From an uncultured Candidatus Saccharibacteria bacterium (GTDB taxonomy: Bacteria; Patescibacteriota; Saccharimonadia; JAGOAT01; CAYZIP01), in the NCBI GenBank assembly GCA_964478695.1, contig CAYZIP010000004.1, forward strand, positions 401-64,400: a DNA stretch of 64,000 bases, given 5' to 3'. How positions within the stretch are numbered: the stretch's first letter is position 1; every line of letters begins with the position of its first letter. Shown here piece by piece: positions 40,388 through 49,495 of the stretch. The position numbers were made by a program, and so were the translations under genes. The notes beneath the pieces are model-generated. The model searched no databases and had not been told where the DNA came from. It worked only from the letters and a program-made list of their open reading frames with translations.

Positions 40388-42373
40388 CTATTTTGTTTTC
40401 ATATAGCTACTAACTACTATTTTAATTCTATTGATCTCTACTGGAGTTAGCATCTCTGGGCTTAGTATATCTCTACCAAACATACCTAACCCAGACTGTT
40501 CTGGCCCGAATATTTCTCCTGGCCCTCTGGTAGCTAAATCTGCTTGAGCTAAGGCAAAACCATCATCGACTTTTTCTAGTACCTTTAATCGTTTGATGTC
40601 GCTATTTTTATCAGTAGGAGAAATAAAGCAAAAGCTTTTTAAGCTCGACCTCCCTACCCTTCCTCTAAGCTGATGCAATGTGGATAGTCCAAAAAAATCA
40701 GCCCCCCTAATCCACATCACTGTAGCATTGGCATTATCTATTCCCACTTCTATCATGGTAGTGGCTATTAAAATATCTATCTCCCCAGTAGTAAAACCAG
40801 TCATAATTTCTTCTTTCTCAGCAACCTTTTTTTTACTATGTAAATATTCCACTTGATAATCACTAAACATGGTCTTTATTTCCTCATAAACAGCATGACC
40901 ATTCTCTATCTTGATTTCACTTTCTTCTTCTAGCTGAGCGCTGCCAATACGAGGGATCACTATATATATCTGATGCTTGGCTTTTAATTCTGATTTTATT
41001 TTAGTAATTATTCTACTATCATTTTTATCTAATAGCTGTGTGGTAATAGGTTGTCTTAATTTTTTAATAGTTTCCAAAAATAGTATATGCCTATTGGCAA
41101 AGAGACTCATGGCCAAACTTCTGGGGATAGGAGTAGCACTCATACTAATTAGATGTGGAGTAATATTAAAATCATTTAAGTATTCTTCAAAAAATCGTCT
41201 TTGCTCTACGCCAAATTTATGCTCTTCATCAAAAATGATCAGGCCCACTTGTCCTAAATCAATACCACTTTTAAAAATACTATGAGTAGCAAATAAAAGA
41301 GAGGTTTTTTGACTATTAAAACTAGAAACAATATTGTCTTTTTCACTCTTTTTGTTGGCTGCTGTTAAAATATTAATCTTTTTTTTGATCTTAGTAAAAT
41401 ATAGTAAAGCATTCTGATAATGCTGCCTAACAAGGCTGGCTGTAGGGGCAATGAACAATACTTGTTTATTATTTAAAATAGCATGTATAGCCATCATCAA
41501 AGCTACAATAGTTTTGCCAGAACCCACATCTCCTGTCATTAAAATATTAGCTGCTTCTTTGCTGCTAGTAGTAATAAAGTACCAGATATTTTTCTTCTGA
41601 CTATCTGTTAGCTCATAAGGTAAATTATTAATAAAGCTCTTGAAGTCTTCTTGATGGAATACTAGATCATGAAAAGGTTTATTCCTACTATCTGCTTTAG
41701 CCAGTAAAGATTCATGAATAATAGAGAAAATTCGTTCTGTGGTAATCGTTCGCTGAGCTTTTTTGACCTGCTCTAAATTTTGGGGATAATGTAAGTATTT
41801 AATTGCTTCTTTAGTAGGATATATACCTAGTTCTTTACTAACTAGCTTTGGCAAGTTATCTTTTTGGGTAGAAAAAAGAGCTTCCCAATTACTATGAATT
41901 ATTTTATTAATTTGAAGAGATTTTAGACCAGCAGTAGCAGGATAAAAATTAACAATACCTTGATTATTCTGATCATAATCATTCACAATCTTGGGATTCT
42001 GTATGATTAAACGACCATAAGAAAAATCATACTTACCTCGTAAATAATAGCTTTCTCCTATGCGTAGACTTTTACTTAAGTAAGGCTGATTAAACCAAAC
42101 TACTTTAATCACTCCACTGTTGTCACTAAAAATAGCCTCTATTATGGACAACCTTTTATTTTTTGTTCTACCTATTTTAAAATCATCTAAAGTAGCATAT
42201 ATAAAAATATTCCCTATTTTAAGACTGCTAATATTTTTAATTAACCCATAATCTTCATACCTATAAGGCCAATGTCTTATAAGGTCAGAACTACTATGTA
42301 TATTTAATTTACTAAACTTTTTAATAGTTAAAGGACCTATTAAATGTAATTTCTCTAGGCTAGTATTAACCAC
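40388..42373 (-). CDS. recG: ATP-dependent DNA helicase RecG
   Basis: PYRYED, WFNQPY wedge, GDVGSGKT, DEEHKFGVEQR, SATPIPR, LHQLRGRVGR, DLATRGPGE. Confidence 0.96.
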   Translation of the reverse strand: MVNTSLEKLHLIGPLTIKKFSKLNIHSSSDLIRHWPYRYEDYGLIKNISSLKIGNIFIYATLDDFKIGRTKNKRLSIIEAIFSDNSGVIKVVWFNQPYLSKSLRIGESYYLRGKYDFSYGRLIIQNPKIVNDYDQNNQGIVNFYPATAGLKSLQINKIIHSNWEALFSTQKDNLPKLVSKELGIYPTKEAIKYLHYPQNLEQVKKAQRTITTERIFSIIHESLLAKADSRNKPFHDLVFHQEDFKSFINNLPYELTDSQKKNIWYFITTSSKEAANILMTGDVGSGKTIVALMMAIHAILNNKQVLFIAPTASLVRQHYQNALLYFTKIKKKINILTAANKKSEKDNIVSSFNSQKTSLLFATHSIFKSGIDLGQVGLIIFDEEHKFGVEQRRFFEEYLNDFNITPHLISMSATPIPRSLAMSLFANRHILFLETIKKLRQPITTQLLDKNDSRIITKIKSELKAKHQIYIVIPRIGSAQLEEESEIKIENGHAVYEEIKTMFSDYQVEYLHSKKKVAEKEEIMTGFTTGEIDILIATTMIEVGIDNANATVMWIRGADFFGLSTLHQLRGRVGRSSLKSFCFISPTDKNSDIKRLKVLEKVDDGFALAQADLATRGPGEIFGPEQSGLGMFGRDILSPEMLTPVEINRIKIVVSSYMKTK

Positions 42374-42399
42374 TATTGTGCCTTTCTGATTAAGGATTC

Positions 42400-43584
42400 T
42401 TAAGTCACTATAAAATGCCTGAGTTTACCAATAGATAATATATCTTTACTCTGGATCACCATAGTATCTGATACTAATATTTTTCCATTATGCTTTAGCC
42501 CTTTTTGAGACAAAAGCCTTCTAGTTTCAGATTTGCTAAGTTTAAATAAATTTGAATATAAATCTATCACTATATGTGATCCATAATCTAGAGCCACACT
42601 AGACATGTCATCGCTACTGATCACCTTATCACTAAAGCGCTGGACCCATTTATCATGAGCCCTAGAAGCATGTTCTACCCCATGATATATGCTAGTAATA
42701 TTACTGGCTAATAGCAATTTAATATCTCTAGGATTGGCTCCGTTCTCGATTTCTTTTACTAAAGCATTAGTCTCATCCACGCTAAAACTACTGCACTTAT
42801 CCATATATATTTTTAAGTTATCATCGCTAACCATCATGAGTTTAGCAAACATCTCATCAGCGCTATCTTTTAGATTAATCACATTCCCCCAGCTAGAACT
42901 CATCTTACGGCCATCTGTGCCTATTAATAGACCAAATGTCATTAGGCTTTGTGGCTTTTGTCCGAAATGCCTTTGCAGAACTCTACCAGCATGAAGATTG
43001 AAAAGCTGGTCTGTTCCCCCTAATTCAATATCTGCTCTTAATACTACAGAATCATAGCCTTGCATTAAGGGATACATAAATTCTTTAAGACTAATTGGTT
43101 TATTGGCCTTAATCCTTTTAGAGAAATTATCGCGCTCTATCATCTGAGCAACAGTAAATAAATCACTTAATTCTAGAACATCATCTAGCTTAAGCCCCTC
43201 TAGCCACTGGCTATTATAATGAATTTCAGCTTGATCCAAATCTATTATTAAACCTATTTGATCTATATAATCTTTCATATTACTAATAATTTGTTTTTTA
43301 CTCAAAGGCTTTCTTTCACTATCTTTATCACTAGCATCACCTATTTGAGCTGTAAAATCTCCTATTACCAATACCACCTTGTGTCCTAGGTTTTGAAACT
43401 GTTTTAACTTATGTAGAGGAATAGCTCTTCCTAGATGAATATTTCCACTAGTAGGATCTATGCCCAATTTTACTCTTAATTTCTTGGTTTTAAGATCTTT
43501 TATTAGATCTTCTTTACCAACAATATGTTCCACGTTTCTAGATAATAGTTCATCTATTAATCTATCTCTAACTTCTTTATTCAT
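42400..43584 (-). CDS. tyrS: Tyrosyl-tRNA synthetase
   Basis: KLGIDPT, HLGR, YPLMQGYDS, ELGGTDQLFN, KMSSS, C-terminal S4-like domain. Confidence 0.97.
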   Translation of the reverse strand: MNKEVRDRLIDELLSRNVEHIVGKEDLIKDLKTKKLRVKLGIDPTSGNIHLGRAIPLHKLKQFQNLGHKVVLVIGDFTAQIGDASDKDSERKPLSKKQIISNMKDYIDQIGLIIDLDQAEIHYNSQWLEGLKLDDVLELSDLFTVAQMIERDNFSKRIKANKPISLKEFMYPLMQGYDSVVLRADIELGGTDQLFNLHAGRVLQRHFGQKPQSLMTFGLLIGTDGRKMSSSWGNVINLKDSADEMFAKLMMVSDDNLKIYMDKCSSFSVDETNALVKEIENGANPRDIKLLLASNITSIYHGVEHASRAHDKWVQRFSDKVISSDDMSSVALDYGSHIVIDLYSNLFKLSKSETRRLLSQKGLKHNGKILVSDTMVIQSKDILSIGKLRHFIVT

Positions 43585-43694
43585 ATGTATAGATTACTAT
43601 ATAATTTATTATCAACGAAATATCTTTAAAATAACTTAAGAGCTATAGTTGAAAGAGACGAATTAAGTGTGAGATAATTATAAATAATATTGCT

Positions 43695-46589
43695 ATGCCA
43701 AATAAGAATACTCCCAAAAAAGCTCGTCAAGTTAATCGTAGTAGTTCCTTTAATAGAAATATAGATAATAGAATCACCTCTAGAACTGCTACTAAAAAGC
43801 AAAAAAAAACTATTAAACTAAAAGAATCCAATTGGCAAAAGACTAGATTAAAATTCAGCCGAATAGGGAAAAAGAACCCTAAAAATAAGAAAAGCAAAGT
43901 TAAAAAACTATTAAGAATAGCTATTATAATAGCTATTATAGGATTCATAGCCGCTTTAGCTATATTCCTATGGTATGCCAAGGACTTACCTAGTCCTGAT
44001 AAAATCAATAGCAAATTTAATTCTGAACAAACTACTAAGCTATATGACCGTACTGGTAATACCCTGCTATATGAAATATATGGAGATAAAAATCGTACTA
44101 TAGTGGGCTTTGATAAAATGTCAAAACATATCAAAGATGCTACTGTAGCCATAGAAGATAAAGATTTTTATAAACATGGAGCATTTAGCCCACAGGGCAT
44201 AGTAAGAGCCTTTTACTTCACATTAGTAAAGCGTAATACCCAGGGAGGCTCTACTATTACGCAGCAGTTAGTAAAGAATGCACTATTAACAAATGAGAGA
44301 ACTGTCCCCAGAAAAATTAAAGAACTCATACTGGCCATAGAAATCGAACAGATATATAAAAAAGACGATATATTGAAAATATACCTAAACGAAATACCAT
44401 ATGGCTCTACTACTTATGGAGTGCAGGCAGCAGCTAAGTCCTACTTTGATAAAGACGCTATAGACCTAGATATAGCTGAGTCTGCTATGCTAGCTTCTCT
44501 CCCCCAAAGACCAACTTATTATTCCCCTTACTTTGGGAATACAGAGGCTCTAGTGGCTCGTCAAAAATTAGTACTAAGTAAAATGCTAGATCAGAAATAC
44601 ATTTCACAACAAGAGTATGACGAGGCTATTAAGGTGGATATTCTAGCCAAAATCAAACCCCGTAGAGCTTATGTGGATGCTAAAGCTCCTCATTTTGTTG
44701 AATATGTAAGGTCACAATTAGAACAAAAATATGGTATTAAAAAGGTAAATGAAGGTGGCTTAAAAGTAATCACTTCACTAGACATTGGCAAACAAGAGCT
44801 AGCTGAGCGAACTATCAATGAACAAATGACCAATGTCCGTAATCTTGGAGGATCAAATGTGGGGTTGGTAGCATCGAACCCTCAAACTGGTGAAATACTG
44901 GCCATGGTTGGTAGCCATGATTATAGTGAACCTAACTATGGTAATGTCAATGTAACTACATCACTAAGACAGCCTGGATCTAGCATCAAGCCCATAGTTT
45001 ATTCTTCTTTATTTAAAGGAAATTGGGGGCCAGGTAGTACAGTTTATGACGTGCCTACAGACTTTGGCTATAACAATTATAAGCCTCATAATTATACTCG
45101 TAAAAATTATGGAGCCATATCTTTTAGACAAGCTATTGGCTCTTCCTTAAATATCCCAGCCGTAAAAGCCATCATGATTGGAGGTATACCAGAAACATTA
45201 CAAACTGCCACTGATATGGGTATAACTACCATAGGAAACTTTCAAAATTATGGCCCGAGCTTTGCTCTAGGAGCTAGTGAAGTTAAGCTCACAGATATGA
45301 TACAGGCTTATAGTGTCTTAGCCATGGGAGGCAATAAAATAGACCAAAGATCAATATTAAAAATCACCCAAGTAGACCCTAGAGGAAAAGAAAGTGTCCT
45401 AGAGGATTTTAAGGCTGATAAAATAAAATCTACACCTGTATTAGATCCTCAAATTGCTTTTTTGGTAACAGATATGATGAGTGATAATAACGCTAGAACA
45501 TCTCTAGGTCTATGGGGAGTAAACAACCCTATGTACTTAGGCAATAGGCCAGCTGCAGTAAAAACCGGTACGACCGAATATTTCAATGATGCCTGGGCCA
45601 TTGGGTTTACGCCTAGTTTTGTTACTGGAATATGGGTTGGAAATAATGATAACGCTCCCATGCTTTCTTCTAGTGGAGCTATAGCTGCCCCTATTTGGAA
45701 TAAATATATGCGCGAAGCATTGTCCGGACAACCAATAGAACAATTCTCTAGGCCGGCTGGTATTCAAGAAATTACTATTGATGGATTTACTGGTAAAGCT
45801 GTTACCCCCGCTACTAAACAACAAAGAAAAGATCTATTCCCCAGCTGGTATAAAGTCATACCGGCCAAAGATGGCAAAAAAGCTGTAATAGACAAAGTCA
45901 GCAAAAAACTAGCTACTGACTGTACCCCTGTCGATGCCAGAGAAGAAGTATCTTCATCTTATATACAAGCCGAAATTGATCCTGGTAACCCTAACTTTAA
46001 TAACTGGAATGCCCCCGTTCAAGCTTTAGCTGGCAGTCTTGGAAGTACCATAGGAGCTATCCCCACAGAGAACGATGATGTGCATAGCTGCTCTGATGCC
46101 CTACCGGGCATTAGTATTAGCTCTACTGGAGGAGGCCCAACATATACTATTGTGATGAATATATCAGCTGGTACTCATCCCTTAAAAGAGGCTATTATTT
46201 TAGCTGATAATAATCCAGCTCTCAGAATAGATATTACTAGCCCTGGAACATATAACACCACATATACCTTTAACACACCTGGAGCGCACTATCTCAGTGC
46301 TAAAATAGTGGATCAAGCCCTATATAGCAGCGGGTCCAATACCATCAATGTATCTTCTGCCAATGCTCCGGCTGGGTCCATCAACTGTGCCGGGAATACT
46401 TGTAGTGTTAGCGCTAGCAATGTAGCTCCTTATACCATTGCTCAGGTGGAGCTATTTTATAATGGAGTGAGTCAAGGAGTGGATAATACCATGCCATATA
46501 GCTGGGGAGGGTTTAATAATAACCTAACAGGCAATGTTACGGCTACTATTACTAATAGTGCTGGAGTTAGTACTAACCTTAGCTTCTAA
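43695..46589 (+). CDS. Class A penicillin-binding protein (PBP1A family) with C-terminal Ig-like extension
   Basis: TM anchor; EDKDFYKHG and GGSTITQQLVKN (transglycosylase); SSIK, SLN, KTGT (transpeptidase). Confidence 0.95.
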   Translation: MPNKNTPKKARQVNRSSSFNRNIDNRITSRTATKKQKKTIKLKESNWQKTRLKFSRIGKKNPKNKKSKVKKLLRIAIIIAIIGFIAALAIFLWYAKDLPSPDKINSKFNSEQTTKLYDRTGNTLLYEIYGDKNRTIVGFDKMSKHIKDATVAIEDKDFYKHGAFSPQGIVRAFYFTLVKRNTQGGSTITQQLVKNALLTNERTVPRKIKELILAIEIEQIYKKDDILKIYLNEIPYGSTTYGVQAAAKSYFDKDAIDLDIAESAMLASLPQRPTYYSPYFGNTEALVARQKLVLSKMLDQKYISQQEYDEAIKVDILAKIKPRRAYVDAKAPHFVEYVRSQLEQKYGIKKVNEGGLKVITSLDIGKQELAERTINEQMTNVRNLGGSNVGLVASNPQTGEILAMVGSHDYSEPNYGNVNVTTSLRQPGSSIKPIVYSSLFKGNWGPGSTVYDVPTDFGYNNYKPHNYTRKNYGAISFRQAIGSSLNIPAVKAIMIGGIPETLQTATDMGITTIGNFQNYGPSFALGASEVKLTDMIQAYSVLAMGGNKIDQRSILKITQVDPRGKESVLEDFKADKIKSTPVLDPQIAFLVTDMMSDNNARTSLGLWGVNNPMYLGNRPAAVKTGTTEYFNDAWAIGFTPSFVTGIWVGNNDNAPMLSSSGAIAAPIWNKYMREALSGQPIEQFSRPAGIQEITIDGFTGKAVTPATKQQRKDLFPSWYKVIPAKDGKKAVIDKVSKKLATDCTPVDAREEVSSSYIQAEIDPGNPNFNNWNAPVQALAGSLGSTIGAIPTENDDVHSCSDALPGISISSTGGGPTYTIVMNISAGTHPLKEAIILADNNPALRIDITSPGTYNTTYTFNTPGAHYLSAKIVDQALYSSGSNTINVSSANAPAGSINCAGNTCSVSASNVAPYTIAQVELFYNGVSQGVDNTMPYSWGGFNNNLTGNVTATITNSAGVSTNLSF

Positions 46590-46732
46590 ACTCTAGAATT
46601 TTATTATTTCAACAATATTAAGCTTTTCTTTAGCGCTAAATATTTAATAGTCGCCAAAGCTTTGTAGTAGAAATAATGATAAAAATATTACTTTTACAGC
46701 TTGGTTTCTCTTGGTTCTTATAGCTAAAACCT

Positions 46733-47152
46733 CTAGTCGTTTGAATCAACAACTGTCAAAAAAGCTTGTCTCCATCCTCTGTATTGATGGTTGCCATTTA
46801 ATTTACCATTATCAGGGTTAATGGCCTTTTTGTCTATCTGCTTTGCATAGAGATCAGCTGGGATATCATTAATCTTCTTTACTATAGCCAGTAATCCTCC
46901 ATTACCATCATGCATACTTTTAGCAATTTTAGCGATAGTAGCAGAGCTAACTCCTGTCTTTTTAGTGATGTCTCTATAACTAGATCCTTCATACAACATC
47001 TTGGCTACCCGTAAACGATCAGCGAAAGCACTAATTTCTGTAGATGATGTCAAATCTCTTAAAAAGCGGTAGCACTGATCTCTGTCTTCTATCGATAATA
47101 TGGCTCTAATGAGATCTCTAACCTTGTCTGAATCAAATGCTTTGCCTTTCAT
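46733..47152 (-). CDS. TrpR-like YerC/YecD family HTH protein
   Basis: CYRFLRDL, EISAFADRLRVAKML, YRDITKKTGVSSATIAKI, GNGG. Confidence 0.88.
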   Translation of the reverse strand: MKGKAFDSDKVRDLIRAILSIEDRDQCYRFLRDLTSSTEISAFADRLRVAKMLYEGSSYRDITKKTGVSSATIAKIAKSMHDGNGGLLAIVKKINDIPADLYAKQIDKKAINPDNGKLNGNHQYRGWRQAFLTVVDSND

Positions 47153-47471
47153 ATTTACTATTATAAATGATATTCATATAGTTTTTGCAATAATCTTAAT
47201 TCTTGCCCAATAAATATCTGATTCTTTGTAGGCTTAAAATGACCTAATATTATATTTCAATCTCTTTCATCTCTATAAAAATAATGTAAAGTTAATCTAA
47301 AGATACACGCTAGATGCCTAAAGATTTTTTAGCTACATTAATCTAGTCTCTGTTTTAAGGCTGACTATTAAATGATTTAGTGGCCCAAAAAAGGCTTACT
47401 TAAGCTCCTAACTCATGAAATTGTTTTTAATATGATAACAAAGAAAAGAGGCCTAAGGCATATAGTAAAAC

Positions 47472-48152
47472 CTAAACTATTTCAGCAAAAATCATTTTCC
47501 CAGCACTAGTTTGAAATATTTTATTAACAACAATATTAACATTCTTATTAATCATTTTGGAGGCTTTATCCACTACAATCATAGTTCCATCTGGTAAATA
47601 CCCTACCCCTTGTCCCTTTTCTTTTCCAGCTTGAATAATTTTAATATTAAATTTCTCTCCTGGAATCAGCACGGCTTTTAAGCTATTGGCCAAATCATTA
47701 ATATTGAGTACTCCAATACCTTCGACTGATGCTACTTTGTTTAAATTATAATCCGTAGTAATAATATTGGCCTTATATTTATTGGCTAAATAAATTAATT
47801 TACTATCTACTTCTTTAATATGAACAGGGTCCTCATCTATGACTTTATGTTTGGCTAGCTGGACAATCTGATTTAATACTTCTAGCCCCCTTCTCCCCCT
47901 AAGCCGTCTGATACTATCAGTACTATCGGCAATATTTTGTAGTTCTAATAATACAAATCTGGGGGTGATTAATTCAAAGTTTAAAAAACCACTAGAAACC
48001 ACATCCAATAAACGTCCATCTATTAAAACCGAAGTATCGATTAAAACCTGTTTTTCGTTTTTAATGATGGGGGTATTACTATTTTTTAATAACTGTAGTA
48101 TCATTAATGCTAATATCACTACCAGCATTAATATAATTAAATAATCTAACAT
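47472..48152 (-). CDS. PIN/TRAM-domain membrane protein (YacL-like)
   Basis: IDTSVLIDGR, ELQNIADS, RGRRGL, TTDYNLNKVA, GQGVGYLPDGTMIVV, QTSAGKMIFA; N-terminal TM. Confidence 0.92.
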   Translation of the reverse strand: MLDYLIILMLVVILALMILQLLKNSNTPIIKNEKQVLIDTSVLIDGRLLDVVSSGFLNFELITPRFVLLELQNIADSTDSIRRLRGRRGLEVLNQIVQLAKHKVIDEDPVHIKEVDSKLIYLANKYKANIITTDYNLNKVASVEGIGVLNINDLANSLKAVLIPGEKFNIKIIQAGKEKGQGVGYLPDGTMIVVDKASKMINKNVNIVVNKIFQTSAGKMIFAEIV

Positions 48153-48154
48153 AT

Positions 48155-49495
48155 TTATTCTCCTTTTTTCTCTTTAATCCAAGACACCAAATCTTTAATT
48201 TGGTTAAAGCCAATATAGCTTATGTCCTGATCTTTATTTTTATAATTACTTGGGCCGATAATATATTTAATGCCATATTTCTTAGCTTCATTAAGCCTAT
48301 CAGCCATATAGCTGCACTTTCTAATCTCTCCCCCTAGTCCTATCTCTCCCAAAGCTAAATAATTGGAAGGAATAATATAATTATAATAACTACTCATAAT
48401 AGCTAGTGCTGCTGCTAGGTCTAGGCCAGGATCTGTGACCTTAACTCCTCCAATTATATTAACATAAACATCTAAATTCCCTAATTTAGTCATATTACCT
48501 CTTTTGCTTAATATGGCTACTAGCATATTTAGTCTAGCCAGATCTACCCCGCTACTACTCCTTTTAGCAAAACCAAAACTAGTGGTCGATGTGAGGGCCT
48601 GTACTTCTAATATCAATGGTCTTTGCGCCTCTTTTAAAGAAAAGAATACACTACCAGCAAAGTCTTGCTTTTCGGACATTAAAAATTTACTAATATCATC
48701 TACGGCCATTAGCCCACTACTAGCCATTTCAAATCCAGCTATCTCTCCAGTCGATCCAAAGCGATTCTTAATAGATTTTAAATAACGTACTGTGCCATTA
48801 GAATCTCCTGTAAAGAATAATACTGTGTCTACTAAATGCTCTAAAGCTTTAGGTCCAGCCAAAGCTCCACTTTTAGTAATATGGCCTACAATGATAAAAG
48901 CTGTATTACTACTTTTGGCTATAGCCAATATTTGAGCAGTATTATGGACTATTTGATTAATAGTACTAATCATCATACCCCCTGAACCAAATGTCTGAAT
49001 AGAATCTATCACTACCACCGCTGGCAACTCTTTTTGTACTAATTCTCTGAGTTTATCTAAGCTATTAGTATTAATAATGTCAAAGTTTAGATTCTTTAGT
49101 CCCAACCTATGAGCTCTATCAGATACCTGGTAGCTAGTCTCCTCTCCACTCACATACAGGGCTTTATGTTTAGCGCTGATATTATCTATCACCTTTAATA
49201 GCAAAGTTGATTTTCCTATGCCAGGGTCTCCAGCTAGCAGTGTCAAAGACCCAGGCATAATTCCTCCACCCAAGACCATATCTAATCCGTTAATATCTGT
49301 GGCTAATCTTTTTTGATCAGACTTACTGATTTTATTGTCACTAGCCTTTACTCGATTAAAATTATCTATAACATTAGCAGTAGAAACATTCTCTATAATC
49401 GTATTCCAGCCACTACAGCTACTACATTGCCCTTGCCATTTAATATAGCTAGCACTACATTCGCTGCAAATAAATGTTATTTTTTCTTTGGGCAT
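48155..49495 (-). CDS. radA: DNA repair protein RadA/Sms
   Basis: C4 zinc finger, GDPGIGKSTLL, IDSIQT, KNRFG, GEIGLGGEIR. Confidence 0.97.
   Translation of the reverse strand: MPKEKITFICSECSASYIKWQGQCSSCSGWNTIIENVSTANVIDNFNRVKASDNKISKSDQKRLATDINGLDMVLGGGIMPGSLTLLAGDPGIGKSTLLLKVIDNISAKHKALYVSGEETSYQVSDRAHRLGLKNLNFDIINTNSLDKLRELVQKELPAVVVIDSIQTFGSGGMMISTINQIVHNTAQILAIAKSSNTAFIIVGHITKSGALAGPKALEHLVDTVLFFTGDSNGTVRYLKSIKNRFGSTGEIAGFEMASSGLMAVDDISKFLMSEKQDFAGSVFFSLKEAQRPLILEVQALTSTTSFGFAKRSSSGVDLARLNMLVAILSKRGNMTKLGNLDVYVNIIGGVKVTDPGLDLAAALAIMSSYYNYIIPSNYLALGEIGLGGEIRKCSYMADRLNEAKKYGIKYIIGPSNYKNKDQDISYIGFNQIKDLVSWIKEKKGE

Noticed and set aside
42400-43584. TyrS HLGR/KMSSS as a sign of pseudogenisation
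   Set aside because: The ORF is intact with the other TyrS motifs present; these look like natural variants of HIGH/KMSKS
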